Shown piece after piece: positions 17,957 to 28,969 of a stretch of 64,000 bases of DNA. This stretch comes from Candidatus Hydrogenedentota bacterium (lineage in GTDB: Bacteria; Hydrogenedentota; Hydrogenedentia; Hydrogenedentales; JAEUWI01), in the NCBI GenBank assembly GCA_034669905.1, contig JAXMOL010000007.1, positions 32,001 to 96,000 of the forward strand, written 5' to 3'. Under the pieces are notes generated by a model that did not search any database, was not told the DNA's origin, and was given only the letters and a program-made list of their open reading frames with translations. Positions within the stretch are counted from its first letter, which is position 1, and every line of letters starts with the position of its first letter. Both the position numbers and the translations under genes were made by a program.

Positions 17957-19510
17957 ATGATTGACCTGAAACGCGTCGTTACCCTGTGGGCCATCGTGCT
18001 CTTCGTGACCCCTCCTGCGCAGGGAGAAAATTCCGGAAAAATTGTTTCCGCCGGGCTCTTCAAGAATGGCCTCGTGATGATCGAGCGGGCCTACAACGTG
18101 CCGGGGCCGGGACATCACGAGTTTGTGGGGACCCTTTCGGCGGTGCATGGGACCCTCTCGATTACGGGGCCTGACGGATTACGGGTGCGCACGGGAACCC
18201 GCGAGGTCACCGTGGCGGCCGAAGAATTGCCCCCTGGCGGACCTGCTACGCTGATTGGGAATACCGTGGAGCTTCGTTTTCGCGATGGGACACGGGAGCC
18301 GGTATTCGGGACCTTGCTGGCAACGCCAGGCGGAGCAGTATCACGCGGAGACGATGGGGCCTTGCCTCATTCTTCGGCGCACGGTTTTTACGTGTTGGCG
18401 CTGGAGGGGGGACACCGGCGCTATATTGACCCCTCGACGGTCATAGAAATTGTGACTGGCGGGAAAGCACTGGTGTTGCCAGAAGGGAAACGGACCGAGC
18501 ATGTGCTTAGCTTTGACGTGCCCGATTCCCACGTGGGGTCAGCGACCATCTCCGTGTCCTATTTGACCCGGGGCATGGCGTGGGCACCCAGCTATAGCCT
18601 CGACACCAGTAACCCGAAGCGCCTCCGTATTACCCAGACGGCGGTAGTGCGCAATGAGCTGGAAGACCTGGATGATGCGGAACTGTCCCTCATATCCGGT
18701 TATCCCAGCGTGGAGCACGACCACGTGACTTCGCCGCTTTCCACGACGAGCACCTGGCAATCCTTCTTTCAGCAGCTGCAGCAGGGCGAATCGCCTCCGG
18801 CCGGATTTACCAATCAGATAACCAGCATTTCAAACGTCTCCACCCTCTTTTCCGCCGTTCCGCAGGGGGCCATGGGCACGGAGAATACTTCAGAAGGCCC
18901 CGATATCCACTATCAGCCCATCGGTAAGGTCTCTCTGAAACGCCAGGAAGCCATGACCCTGACGCTGGCCTCAGCGGAAGTCGCCTACGACGGGGTCGTC
19001 GAATGGAACGTGCGGCCTTCCGATCGGGAAGGGGAGGTGGCGGATGTCTGGGAGGCCCTACGGTTCAAGAATCCCTTTGCGTTCCCCATGACCACGGGAC
19101 CGGCCATGGTGGTATCCCAGGGCAAATTCCTCGGTTCTCGGACCAGCAACTGGGTGAGCGTCGGGGGCGAGGCCATGGTGTATGTGACCCGGGCGCTCAG
19201 TGTGCAGGTGGGGGTGTCGGAAGAGGAAGTGGGCGAGCGCACGGAGTTTTCCCTGGCCCGTCGGCACTACACCCAGAGTACCCTGGAGGGGACGATTCAA
19301 ATGCGGAACCTGCGGTCAGAGGCCCTGACGCTGATAGTGCGCAAGGAAGTCTCTGGTGCGCTGCTCGACGTGGAGGGTGCGCCGCAGCAGGTCGTGGGGA
19401 GTGCCGGGCCGGGACAATTGAATCCCAGCACCGAGCTCACGTGGAACCTGGAGTTGCTGCCCGGCGAAGCGAAAAGTCTGCGCTACCGCTACACCTTTCT
19501 CCGAGACTGA
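17957..19510 (+). CDS. Secreted DUF4139/DUF4140-like protein
   Basis: Signal peptide; LFKNG, SYLTRGMAWAPSY, C-terminal LTWNLELLPGEAKSLRYRY. Confidence 0.7.
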   Translation: MIDLKRVVTLWAIVLFVTPPAQGENSGKIVSAGLFKNGLVMIERAYNVPGPGHHEFVGTLSAVHGTLSITGPDGLRVRTGTREVTVAAEELPPGGPATLIGNTVELRFRDGTREPVFGTLLATPGGAVSRGDDGALPHSSAHGFYVLALEGGHRRYIDPSTVIEIVTGGKALVLPEGKRTEHVLSFDVPDSHVGSATISVSYLTRGMAWAPSYSLDTSNPKRLRITQTAVVRNELEDLDDAELSLISGYPSVEHDHVTSPLSTTSTWQSFFQQLQQGESPPAGFTNQITSISNVSTLFSAVPQGAMGTENTSEGPDIHYQPIGKVSLKRQEAMTLTLASAEVAYDGVVEWNVRPSDREGEVADVWEALRFKNPFAFPMTTGPAMVVSQGKFLGSRTSNWVSVGGEAMVYVTRALSVQVGVSEEEVGERTEFSLARRHYTQSTLEGTIQMRNLRSEALTLIVRKEVSGALLDVEGAPQQVVGSAGPGQLNPSTELTWNLELLPGEAKSLRYRYTFLRD

Positions 19511-19516
19511 GCAAGG

Positions 19517-19552
19517 CGTGCGCCGCAGCGACCGGAATCACTGCGGCGCACG
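19517..19552. terminator. Strong hairpin between convergent genes
   Basis: CGTGCGCCGCAG ... CTGCGGCGCACG. Confidence 0.6.
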
Positions 19553-19573
19553 GGATTCTCTCCCAGAGAATAG

Positions 19574-22500
19574 CTATTCGTGGAGTGACACGCCGATATC
19601 ACCCCCCGCTTCATGGGCGGTGACCACATCGGGAAGCGCATCGCCGTTGAGGTCACCCAGAACCAGGTCGACGGGCTGTTGGCCAGCGCCATAAGCATCC
19701 CCATCGGCGAAGGTCCCGTCGCCCCTGCCCACATAGACTTCAAAGGAATTGTTCAGTTCATTGCCGACGATGGCATCAGGTCGGCCGTCGTCATTCACGT
19801 CATAGAGCGAAACGGTGGTGGGGCGGGGGAGTACATCCCGCTGAAGCGTGGCCGCCAGCGTACCGTCCCCGTTGCCCAGGGCAATCAACAGGTCCGCCGC
19901 AGACGAAGCCACCATAGCCACGTCGGGATTTCCGTCGTTATTCACATCGCCAATGGCCAATCCCATGGGGCCACCAGGGATCCCCAACATGGACGGTTCC
20001 GTGAAAGTACCGTCGCCATTTCCAGGTGCAATGTAGATCCCGGCGAAGGCACCTACCACCGCATCCAGCGACTCATCGCCGTTCATGTCGACGAGGATGA
20101 TATCCATCGCATTGGGGGCGCCGACGAATGCTAACGAATCTGCAAAGGTGCCATCTCCGTTGCCCAACCGCACGGTGAGGTCGGTCGATTGCGAGAACCG
20201 TTCTACCGATACCAGATCGAGTTCACCATCACCATCGATATCACCCAGTGCCAGGACGGCGAGCCCCGTGCCCACGGTGATCGGGGTCGTGCTGGAAAAG
20301 CCGCCCATACCATCGGAGAGGAGGACGTCCACCGCGCCATCACAACAGCGGGAGACGAGGGCATCGGCCAGGGTATCGCCATTCAAATCCCCTGTCGCCA
20401 AATCTACGGGTTCGCTGGCCACCGTCGTTTCCACGCTATCCATGAATTGACCATCGCCACCGCCAAGTAGTACCGACAGGCTGTACATGGGTGAACTGGA
20501 GTTGTCACCGTTCAACACGACGGCATCCAGATTGGCGTCACTGTCCATATGGTTGAGTTCCACCCGGAAAGGCCGTGCACCCACTGCATAACGGCCGTCG
20601 TCAAAGACGCCATCCGCGGAGGCCAGGAAAATGGACACGTCGTCACTCTGGGTGTTGACGAGGGCGAGGTCGAGACTGCCGTCGTCGTTCAGATCGGCGG
20701 GCACGACCCGGTCCGGGAATTGGGCCCCATCCAGGACATCGCCCAGGGTGAAGGTGCCATCTCCCGCGCCGTTCAGAATTTGCACCCCGAATTGCTGACC
20801 GATGAACGAAACAAGGAGGTCCAGGTTTCCGTCTTCGTCCAGATCGACGGATTCCAGGAAATTTACCGAAGGCAGGGGGATATCCGAATCCAGGGTGAAG
20901 GTGCCATCGCCGTTGCCGGAGTAGATGCCCACGATATCGCCCGACAAACCGCCGCGGTTTGCTGCGATGTCCATCGTGCCATTCTTGTCGAAGTCACCGG
21001 TGGCCAACGCATCGGTACCACTACCGGTGCTGAAGACCATTTGCGCTCCGAAGGTACCGTCGCCGGCGCCGAGCAAGACGGAGACCGTGCCGCCAAAGCT
21101 GCCACTGTTGGCTGCAGCCAGATCCGGCACGTTGTCGCCATTGAAATCAGCGGCCCGGAGGAAGCGGGGCGTGTCTCCCACGGTATAGTGCACGGCCGTA
21201 TCGAAGGTGCCGTCGCCATTGCCGAGGAAGATGGACACGTCATCGGTCGCCGTGTTGGGCGTAGCCACATCCAGCTGGTCGTCGCCATTGAAGTCTGCGG
21301 CGACCACCGATTGGGGTGAGATGCCCGACGCATATTCAGTGGGGGCGCCAAAACTGCCCTGCCCATTGCCGGGCACAAAGGAAATGCTGTTGCCGAAGAG
21401 ATTGGCCGTAACGACGTCCATCGCGCCATCTTCATTGAAGTCCCCGGCCACAATGGCATCGGGATTGATGCCAATCCCGAAGTTGGGGTCGGTACCGATC
21501 AGGATGTCCGTGCGCAAGGCAAAGCTACCGTCGCCCTGCCCCAGGGCCAGGCTGAGTGTATCGGGCACCTCATTGGCCGTAATCACATCCAGGATGTCAT
21601 CGCCATTGAAGTCCGCCACCGCCAGATCGCCGGGCGTCGTGTCCACCTGTATCCGTTTCCGTGGGTAGAGCACCGCTATGGCGGGGTTCACGGTGATCAT
21701 TCCCACATCGGTGGTGCCTTCAATCACGGGAGACGTCGCTTCAGAGCGCCCAGACAGGGATTCTGTTTCGTCTTCAAAGGTGGCTGTCACGGTGATGCTT
21801 TCGTAGTTGCTCAGCGTGACCGCGAAGGAGAAGGCACCTGTTTCATCGGTTATCCCTTCGCCACCCTGGTCACTGATGACGGTGGCACCTGCGAGGGCAT
21901 CTCCCGTGCTCCGGTTGACCGTGCCCAACACCGTGGTCATGGCATCCGAGGGGATGTATTCGAGTGTGCCCGCGTCGGTGAGTCCATCAACAACGACGGC
22001 CAGCACATCGGAATTAAAGGCGTCGTCCTCCACCTGAATATTCAACGTCACACCGGCGGTGCCCGTGGGGAGAATGAGGTTGAGGGTAAAGGAGCCGGTT
22101 TCGTCGGTGATGGCTTCGCCACCCAGCGCCGTCGTGACGATCGCACCGACGACCGGGTCGCCGTTGAAGTCCAGCACCTGTCCTTCCACGGTCGTGGAGA
22201 AGAGGTCGTTGGACACGGTGACGCGGCGCACCGCGGTGGCGCTGAAATTGGTGGCCGTGACGTAGGCGGTACCTGTCGAGACCCCGCTCAGGAGGCCATC
22301 GCCACTGACGTTGATGATATCCGGGTTACTCACCCGATAGGTCGTGCCATCGGCCGCACTGCTCAGGTCGACCGGGTCTCCATTGAAGAACGTACCCGTT
22401 ACCCGAAGTTGGCTCGTACCATTTTCCGGAATCGCCAGGGCGGTAGCGCTCAGGGCCACCGTCTGCGGGAAGGGCGGGACCTCGTCACTGAAGGTCAGGC

Positions 22501-25500
22501 TGTCGAATTCGAGGGCGAAGGGTTCCCCGTTGCGGATTTGGAAGGGCGTGCTGTACACATAGCGGGTGCCCGTCTCGGTTTCCTTAAAGCCCAGTAGATG
22601 GAGAATGTCATCGCCGATAAAGTCAGGCGCCGTACCGGGGCCTCCCGGACCAAACTCATCGGGGATAGTGATATTGCCAAAGTCGACCAGACCAAACTCA
22701 TCGGCCAGCGAGATCTGGTTACTCACCATGACGGTGAATCCCGCGAGTTCCGTCGATGTCAACGTGTCAAGCGCACTTTCCGAATCGCTGATAATCTCCT
22801 GAATGCTGGTATCAAACGATGGCGCGTTGATGATCGCCAGGATGGCTTCATCGGTATCGTCGATGGTTTCAACCATCGCTGGCAGGTCCGCAAAGAGCCG
22901 GTCCAGTTCGGCGAGCTGTTCGTCGCTTAGTGGATGTTCCCCCTTATTGCTCACGATGGCACCAAAGGCGAAGATGTCGGACATGCTCTGGAGTGCGGCA
23001 CAGGTCGCGGCGAGGGCGGCTTTCTTCGGGTCGGCGTTGGCCGCCAGATCAATAAATGGATTGGCAAGATTATTGAGGGAATCAATGGTTTTCAGGACGA
23101 CTTCGCCGCTGGTGCCGAGAAAGCAATCGTTGGCGCGTCCAAAGGCTAGCGCCCTGGAGAGTGCATCAGAAAGAATCTTTGCCTTGCTGGCCCATTCAAA
23201 AGGGTTCAAGGGCAGGAATACATCCAGGCAGTTGTTGGCAATGACTTTGAGTGATTTTACGCAGGCGAAGGATTTTGAAAGGGCATCGGGCAATTGGCTT
23301 GATGTGCTGTCGAGATCGCGAAACGCCACATAGGCATCGTAGCAATCTGGCCCCCGAAAGATGATGTCGGAGCCGCAGGCGATAATCTTGGTAATCTTGT
23401 TCACGTCTTTGACCAGTGCGATAAGAAATCGAACACTCTCCTTCAAGAGCGCACCGAGATTGGCTTCACAGGATTTTACCTCTCCGGTGACCGAGTACGG
23501 GGGGCAGTTGCCGCCCCATCCCGCTACGCTGATGCCTGAGCCCCGGTCGGTAACGATTTCCGAAGCATCGTCGGAAACCGCCCCCGTGCCCACGACTTCA
23601 AAGGCACCGGTGTCGTGGTTAAAGCTGAGGAAGAAACTGGCCGTGCCTGCGGCCAGGCCCGCCATGTTGGGATAGACGATTTCCACGGGCGGGTCGAAGG
23701 TCGCTCCCGACGGCTGGAGGGTCCATGCGAAGGGCGAGGCCACCCCGTTGGGTAGTGGCATGGGGATGTCATCGGTCTGCACCTGATTCAAGGCGAGGGT
23801 CGCGGGATTCGACGGGCTGGGTTCGGATCCGTCCGGGTAGCGCATGGAGCCGGCCCGTACGATCATGCGGAGTCCTTCAATGCCGGCCACGGTAAGTTCC
23901 ACATCGGCGGTGCCGTCATAGCTCCGCGCGTTGGTGGGGTCGAGCATGGGCAGGAGTACGGGGGAGGGCAAAGAATTGGCCGCGTTGGCCACCACGGTGA
24001 CGGCGACCTCCAGATCCGGGAAGGAACCCGCATCCACTGTCGCTCCATTTAACTGTGTCGCCTGCAGTCCGCCCACATGGAGATGGCCCTGGCCCGCGGG
24101 GATGTCTTCAAAGATAAAACGTCCGTCGGCACCCGATACCACGCTGGGCACGGCCTCGCCATTGACTTCCAGCTCGCACGGTGCCCCACCCACGGGTAAG
24201 CTGGCATTGTCCAATACGATGCCCGAGAGGGTCGTTGTCATTCCATCGGTAGCGGCGACCGCAAAGGCTTCGAAGAACACCGGTGCACCCATGTTGTCGT
24301 CGAATTCCGCGACCACCATTTGCTCACCGGCATTTTCGCCCATGACCCACGCCACCTCGGCAATCCCATTGGCATCGCTTTCCACCGTGGCCACGATCTG
24401 ATCGTTGACCTGGCCGCCACCCACCATGGCCATAAAATCTACCATGACCCCGGCGACGCCGTTGTCCCCATCACTCACCCGCACCCGAAGCCGATCAGGG
24501 GCCATACCGCCTGTGGCCGCCCGCTGATTGTTGCCCATGACCAGGTTGAGTTGATTCGGCGCGCCATGTTCGGCGGAGGCGCAGAAGGTGACTTCGCTTC
24601 CCGAGAGCTCGTCGCGTACGCGAACCCGGTTGTTGCCGCACCCGGCATCGGCTCCCAGCTTCCAATACACTTGCGCCAGGCCCGCCGCGTCCGTGTTCTG
24701 GGAAAGTTGCAGCGCGGGGTCGTCGAAGGCGGCAGTCCTGTCCAGGAGGCCGTCACTGCGGACCACCCGAAAGGAGAGGACCCGCCCGACGATAGGGGCA
24801 CCGTTTTCGTCCTGCAAGGTCACCTGGATGGGAGCCTCCAGGGCGGTGCGGACCATGCCGCTTTGTCCATTGCCCGCCGTAACGTTGAGGCGGTCCCCGG
24901 TTGGCGCCACCCGCGTGACCGTAATGGTATCGGTGCGGCTGTTTCCTGCCCCATCCGTCGCCACGACCTCGAGGATGTTGTCACCCAGGACCAGGGGGAC
25001 CGATGGAATTTCAAAGGTGCCGCTCGTGCCGACGCCCGAAGCGACGTTGCCCGTGAGACCGCTGAGGGAAACGGTCAATCCGTCGAAGCCACTGAGCATG
25101 TCGGCCACACGCCCGGCGACGGTGAGAGAGTCTTCGGTAATCTGCATGCCATCTGCGGGAAAATCGATGAACACGTTGGGTGCCTGATTATCCTGTGAAA
25201 TCTCCTCCGGAACGGGCGGACTGCTGAGGCCGTTCAACGTCGCCGTCAGGAAAAGGCGGGAAATCCGATTGGGTGCGATGGCCACCGCCACGCTGAACGC
25301 CCCTTCGGCATCGGCGGTCGTCGTAACGTTGGCCACTCCGCCAGTTATCAACAGGGAAGCCTCCGCCGTCGTCGTTCCGGTCAGCGTCACGGCAGACCCG
25401 GTGACGGGCCCGGTGGGTGCCACCACGCTGGGCATGACCGGGGGCACGGCCTCGATGGTGATGTAATCGGTCTGCGTTTCCGTGTCCGTCCCGACGGCCG

Positions 25501-25831
25501 TGGTGACCTGAAGAGAGACGGCGTAGGTGCCCGGGGTGCCGTAATCGTGCACGGGGTTCTGGGCCGTGCTCTCAAGGCCGTCGCCGAAGTCCCAGGCCCA
25601 CTGTGTGATTGCGGCGGTACCGGGGGTCGACTGATCGGTGAATTGGATGAGTGTCGGAGCGGGGCCGTTGGTTTCATCGGCCGTAAAGGCGGCGGTCGGT
25701 CCGGTGTCCATGGGCATCGGATCGGGGTCAGGATCGGGATCCGGGTCGGGTTCGGTCGGAATGAGACATCCCGCAATGGAGGCCGTGTAGACAAAGAGCA
25801 CCAAGAGTGAGGCAAGGCGATGAAAGGACAT
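19574..25831 (-). CDS. 2085-aa surface lipoprotein: PKD, Ig-like and carboxypeptidase-regulatory-like repeats, central helical insert, C-terminal FG-GAP/VCBS repeats
   Basis: Lipobox IAGC followed by (DP)n linker; WAWDFGDG PKD; many DFNGDxxxDL...LGNGDGTF repeats. Confidence 0.85.
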   Translation of the reverse strand: MSFHRLASLLVLFVYTASIAGCLIPTEPDPDPDPDPDPMPMDTGPTAAFTADETNGPAPTLIQFTDQSTPGTAAITQWAWDFGDGLESTAQNPVHDYGTPGTYAVSLQVTTAVGTDTETQTDYITIEAVPPVMPSVVAPTGPVTGSAVTLTGTTTAEASLLITGGVANVTTTADAEGAFSVAVAIAPNRISRLFLTATLNGLSSPPVPEEISQDNQAPNVFIDFPADGMQITEDSLTVAGRVADMLSGFDGLTVSLSGLTGNVASGVGTSGTFEIPSVPLVLGDNILEVVATDGAGNSRTDTITVTRVAPTGDRLNVTAGNGQSGMVRTALEAPIQVTLQDENGAPIVGRVLSFRVVRSDGLLDRTAAFDDPALQLSQNTDAAGLAQVYWKLGADAGCGNNRVRVRDELSGSEVTFCASAEHGAPNQLNLVMGNNQRAATGGMAPDRLRVRVSDGDNGVAGVMVDFMAMVGGGQVNDQIVATVESDANGIAEVAWVMGENAGEQMVVAEFDDNMGAPVFFEAFAVAATDGMTTTLSGIVLDNASLPVGGAPCELEVNGEAVPSVVSGADGRFIFEDIPAGQGHLHVGGLQATQLNGATVDAGSFPDLEVAVTVVANAANSLPSPVLLPMLDPTNARSYDGTADVELTVAGIEGLRMIVRAGSMRYPDGSEPSPSNPATLALNQVQTDDIPMPLPNGVASPFAWTLQPSGATFDPPVEIVYPNMAGLAAGTASFFLSFNHDTGAFEVVGTGAVSDDASEIVTDRGSGISVAGWGGNCPPYSVTGEVKSCEANLGALLKESVRFLIALVKDVNKITKIIACGSDIIFRGPDCYDAYVAFRDLDSTSSQLPDALSKSFACVKSLKVIANNCLDVFLPLNPFEWASKAKILSDALSRALAFGRANDCFLGTSGEVVLKTIDSLNNLANPFIDLAANADPKKAALAATCAALQSMSDIFAFGAIVSNKGEHPLSDEQLAELDRLFADLPAMVETIDDTDEAILAIINAPSFDTSIQEIISDSESALDTLTSTELAGFTVMVSNQISLADEFGLVDFGNITIPDEFGPGGPGTAPDFIGDDILHLLGFKETETGTRYVYSTPFQIRNGEPFALEFDSLTFSDEVPPFPQTVALSATALAIPENGTSQLRVTGTFFNGDPVDLSSAADGTTYRVSNPDIINVSGDGLLSGVSTGTAYVTATNFSATAVRRVTVSNDLFSTTVEGQVLDFNGDPVVGAIVTTALGGEAITDETGSFTLNLILPTGTAGVTLNIQVEDDAFNSDVLAVVVDGLTDAGTLEYIPSDAMTTVLGTVNRSTGDALAGATVISDQGGEGITDETGAFSFAVTLSNYESITVTATFEDETESLSGRSEATSPVIEGTTDVGMITVNPAIAVLYPRKRIQVDTTPGDLAVADFNGDDILDVITANEVPDTLSLALGQGDGSFALRTDILIGTDPNFGIGINPDAIVAGDFNEDGAMDVVTANLFGNSISFVPGNGQGSFGAPTEYASGISPQSVVAADFNGDDQLDVATPNTATDDVSIFLGNGDGTFDTAVHYTVGDTPRFLRAADFNGDNVPDLAAANSGSFGGTVSVLLGAGDGTFGAQMVFSTGSGTDALATGDFDKNGTMDIAANRGGLSGDIVGIYSGNGDGTFTLDSDIPLPSVNFLESVDLDEDGNLDLLVSFIGQQFGVQILNGAGDGTFTLGDVLDGAQFPDRVVPADLNDDGSLDLALVNTQSDDVSIFLASADGVFDDGRYAVGARPFRVELNHMDSDANLDAVVLNGDNSSSPMYSLSVLLGGGDGQFMDSVETTVASEPVDLATGDLNGDTLADALVSRCCDGAVDVLLSDGMGGFSSTTPITVGTGLAVLALGDIDGDGELDLVSVERFSQSTDLTVRLGNGDGTFADSLAFVGAPNAMDIILVDMNGDESLDAVVGAFAGIYIAPGNGDGTFTEPSMLGIPGGPMGLAIGDVNNDGNPDVAMVASSAADLLIALGNGDGTLAATLQRDVLPRPTTVSLYDVNDDGRPDAIVGNELNNSFEVYVGRGDGTFADGDAYGAGQQPVDLVLGDLNGDALPDVVTAHEAGGDIGVSLHE

Positions 25832-26084
25832 TCCGCTTCTCCCGAATGGGGGTTGCGGCAGACACCGATTCGTACAGACAGCGAGCGACTACCGGATAGG
25901 TTGAGTCATTGCTTCTTTTCTGGCGCGCTCGATGAATCTAAGGAACGGTGCTCATCGACCACGTGCATCCACAGTGTACTGGGGAATGGGGATTTTGGCA
26001 ATTCCAGGCGTGAATTTCAGAGCGCAACGTTTCCGTACCGCGCATAACCGGTGCGAGTGTCTGTGAAAAGCTCGAATTAGCGTC

Positions 26085-28418
26085 TCAAAGTTTCACCCCC
26101 CGAAGACGGAGCGCGTTCCCCACCACCGAGACCGAACTGAAACTCATGGCAGCCGCCGCAATCATCGGACTCAACAAAATTCCAAAAATCGGGTAGAGCA
26201 CGCCTGCGGCGATGGGTACGCCAAGGGTGTTGTAGGCGAAGGCGAAGAAGAGATTCTGGCGGATGTTACGCATGGTCGCACGGCTCAGGTGCCGCGCACG
26301 GGCGATGCCGGCCAGGTTGCCCTTCACCAGCGTGATGGCGGCGCTTTCCATGGCCACGTCGGTGCCCGTGCCCATGGCGATGCCCACATCGGCCTGGGCG
26401 AGGGCGGGGGCATCGTTGGTCCCGTCGCCCGCCATGGCGACGTTGTATCCTTCCTCCTGAAGTGCCTTTACCTGCGCGAGTTTGTCTTCGGGCATGACGC
26501 CGGCATGCACCTCGTCGATGCCGAGCTCTTTGGCCACCGCCTGGGCCGTGGTTTCGCTGTCCCCAGTGAGCATGACGATGCGCAGGCCTTCCTCCCGGAG
26601 GGCCTTCAGCGCGTCCGGCGTGCTTTCTTTGATGGGGTCCGCAATACCAAGCAGGCTGGCGGGCTTGCCATCCACCGCCAGCAGCACCACCGTCTGGGCC
26701 TTCGCTCGGAGGGCTTCCGCTTCCTCGGAGAGGTGCCCGTGCTCGATAGCCTGGCTGTCCAGCAGGGCACCATTACCAAGGAACACGGCCTTGCCATCGA
26801 CCTGACCTTTCACGCCCTGGCCGGTCACGCTGTCAAAATCCTGGGCATCGGGCGGGGTGATATCCTGTTCTTTGCATGCCGCGAGGACGGCGGCGGCGAG
26901 GGGGTGCTCACTGCTCTTTTCGAGGGCACCAGCGAATCGGAGCACGTCTTCTTCGCGGAAGTCCCCCTCGGCGGAAACAGATACGACGCGGGGCTTGCCT
27001 TCGGTCAGGGTGCCGGTCTTATCCACCACGAGCACGTCCACCCGCTCCATGGCTTCCAGGGCTTCGGCGTTGCGCAGCAATACACCCGCCTGGGCGCCCC
27101 GGCCCGTACCCACCATAATAGAGATGGGCGTGGCGAGCCCCAGGGCGCAGGGGCACGCAATAATCAGCACGGCGATGGCGTTTACCAGCGCATAGGCCAT
27201 AGCGGGGGAGGGGCCCACCAGCAGCCAGATCACAAAGGTCACGATGGAGGTTGCGATGACGGCTGGCACGAAGTAACCCGCGACCGTGTCCGCCACTTTT
27301 TGAATGGGGGCGCGGCTCCGTTGGGCCTGCTTGACCATATCCACAATCTGGGAAAGGGTCGTGTCCGCCCCGACGCGGTCGGCCCGCATGATAAAACTGC
27401 CCTTGCTGTTTACCGTGCCACCGGTCACGTCGTCGTCGACGGTTTTCTTAACGGCCATGGGTTCGCCCGTAATCATGGATTCATCAATGCTGCTTTCCCC
27501 TTCCAGTACAACCCCATCGACGGGTACGCGCTCACCAGGCCGGACACGGAGGCGGTCGCCTTTCTGAAGCTCATCGACGGGCACATCTTCTTCGTCGCCG
27601 TTTTCGTTGATGCGCCGGGCTTCGCGGGGCGCGAGTTCGAGGAGGGCGCGAATGGCACCGGCCGTTTGGCGCCGGGCCTTGAGCTCGAGCACCTGGCCCA
27701 CGAGCACGAGGGTGATGATGACGGCGGCGGATTCAAAGTAGAGGGCCACCTGGCCGTTGTGCCCTTGAAAGCTATCGGGGAAAATCTGCGGGAACAGAGT
27801 CGCCACCACGCTATAGACATAGGCCACGCCCGTGCCCAGGGCAATGAGGGTAAACATATTCAGGCTGCGGTGGACGACGGACTGCCAGCCCCGCTGGAAA
27901 AACACCGCGCCCCCCCAGAGGACGACCGGCGTCGCCAGGGCCAATTGCACCCATTTGAGCCAGGGCTTCCCGAGGAGGTGTTCCAGCGGCGGAAGCATTT
28001 CACCCATGGCGATGACGAAGATGGGCAGGGTCAACGCAAGGCTTACCCAGAAGCGCCGGCGCATGTCGTCCAATTCGCTCGTGTCCTCTTCGCCACCGTC
28101 GTCCCCGTCCAGGGGTTCCAGGGCCATACCACACTTGGGGCAGGAGCCCGGGCCTTGTTGCTCCACCTCCGGGTGCATAGGGCACGTGTAGATGCGCGTA
28201 TCGTTCTTGTCGGCGACCTTCTTTTTTGTGGGATGGAGATACTCCGCAGGGGCCTCGGTGAATTTGTCTTTACACCCCGCGCTGCAGAAGTAATAGGTCT
28301 TGCCCGCGTGTTCAGCGGTGTGTTTCGCCGTTTCGGGATTCACGTCCATGCCACAGACGGGGTCTTTTTCCGTAGGGGCCCCTTGGTGGTCATCGCGTTC
28401 CGAGTGGGAATGGTTCAT
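26085..28418 (-). CDS. copA: Cu(I)/Ag(I)-translocating P1B-type ATPase with YHS and heavy-metal-binding domains
   Basis: DPVCGM...[16 protein letters not shown]...CPKCGM, TGE, CPC, DKTGT, GDGTND, YN and MSFSS motifs. Confidence 0.95.
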   Translation of the reverse strand: MNHSHSERDDHQGAPTEKDPVCGMDVNPETAKHTAEHAGKTYYFCSAGCKDKFTEAPAEYLHPTKKKVADKNDTRIYTCPMHPEVEQQGPGSCPKCGMALEPLDGDDGGEEDTSELDDMRRRFWVSLALTLPIFVIAMGEMLPPLEHLLGKPWLKWVQLALATPVVLWGGAVFFQRGWQSVVHRSLNMFTLIALGTGVAYVYSVVATLFPQIFPDSFQGHNGQVALYFESAAVIITLVLVGQVLELKARRQTAGAIRALLELAPREARRINENGDEEDVPVDELQKGDRLRVRPGERVPVDGVVLEGESSIDESMITGEPMAVKKTVDDDVTGGTVNSKGSFIMRADRVGADTTLSQIVDMVKQAQRSRAPIQKVADTVAGYFVPAVIATSIVTFVIWLLVGPSPAMAYALVNAIAVLIIACPCALGLATPISIMVGTGRGAQAGVLLRNAEALEAMERVDVLVVDKTGTLTEGKPRVVSVSAEGDFREEDVLRFAGALEKSSEHPLAAAVLAACKEQDITPPDAQDFDSVTGQGVKGQVDGKAVFLGNGALLDSQAIEHGHLSEEAEALRAKAQTVVLLAVDGKPASLLGIADPIKESTPDALKALREEGLRIVMLTGDSETTAQAVAKELGIDEVHAGVMPEDKLAQVKALQEEGYNVAMAGDGTNDAPALAQADVGIAMGTGTDVAMESAAITLVKGNLAGIARARHLSRATMRNIRQNLFFAFAYNTLGVPIAAGVLYPIFGILLSPMIAAAAMSFSSVSVVGNALRLRGVKL

Positions 28419-28528
28419 GGGTGCCTCGCTTTTGGGTTGGCCGGTGTTGCGCGCGGGAAAACGAATGGGTCCGCACGAAACCCGGCGTGGGAGGACAGTG
28501 CATCATCACATCGAAGTGGGGGTAGGCC

Positions 28529-28819
28529 TCAGCGTTTTCCAGGGCCCGCGTAGCGGATGAAGACATCCATCAGCTCTGCAATCTTCTCATCCCGTTCCGA
28601 TTCACTGCCCGAATCGAAGGTGTCTTTCACACAGGTGGCCATGTGCTCGCCCAGCACCAATTTGCTTGTCTGGGCCAGGGCGGCCTGAGCGGCGGATAGT
28701 TGAAGGAGAATATCGACGCAATACTTGCCATCTTCCACCATGCGCCGTACGCCGGCGATCTGGCCTTCGGCCCGCTTCAGGCGGTTGGCCACCTGTTTCT
28801 GTTTCTCTTCATTCAACAT
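28529..28819 (-). CDS. csoR: CsoR-family metal-sensing repressor
   Basis: RLKRAEGQIAGV, YCVDILLQ, EHMATC (C-H-C ligands); directly upstream of copA. Confidence 0.92.
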   Translation of the reverse strand: MLNEEKQKQVANRLKRAEGQIAGVRRMVEDGKYCVDILLQLSAAQAALAQTSKLVLGEHMATCVKDTFDSGSESERDEKIAELMDVFIRYAGPGKR

Positions 28820-28846
28820 GAGAATCTCCGGTTGAACTCTATCTGA

Positions 28847-28875
28847 ATTATATACCCCGGGGGGGTATCTGTCAA
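28847..28875 (-). promoter_or_regulatory. Sigma-70 promoter with CsoR-type operator in the spacer
   Basis: Minus strand TTGACA-N17-TATAAT; spacer holds ATACCCC-GGG-GGGGTAT C/G-tract palindrome. Confidence 0.9.
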
Positions 28876-28969
28876 GGGGACGGTTTCAGCCCGTTGGTCA
28901 TCCTTGTAACCGCGTCGGACCCTCGCTAGAATCAGGGATGGACGAAACGATACCAATGGAGTACCGGTG

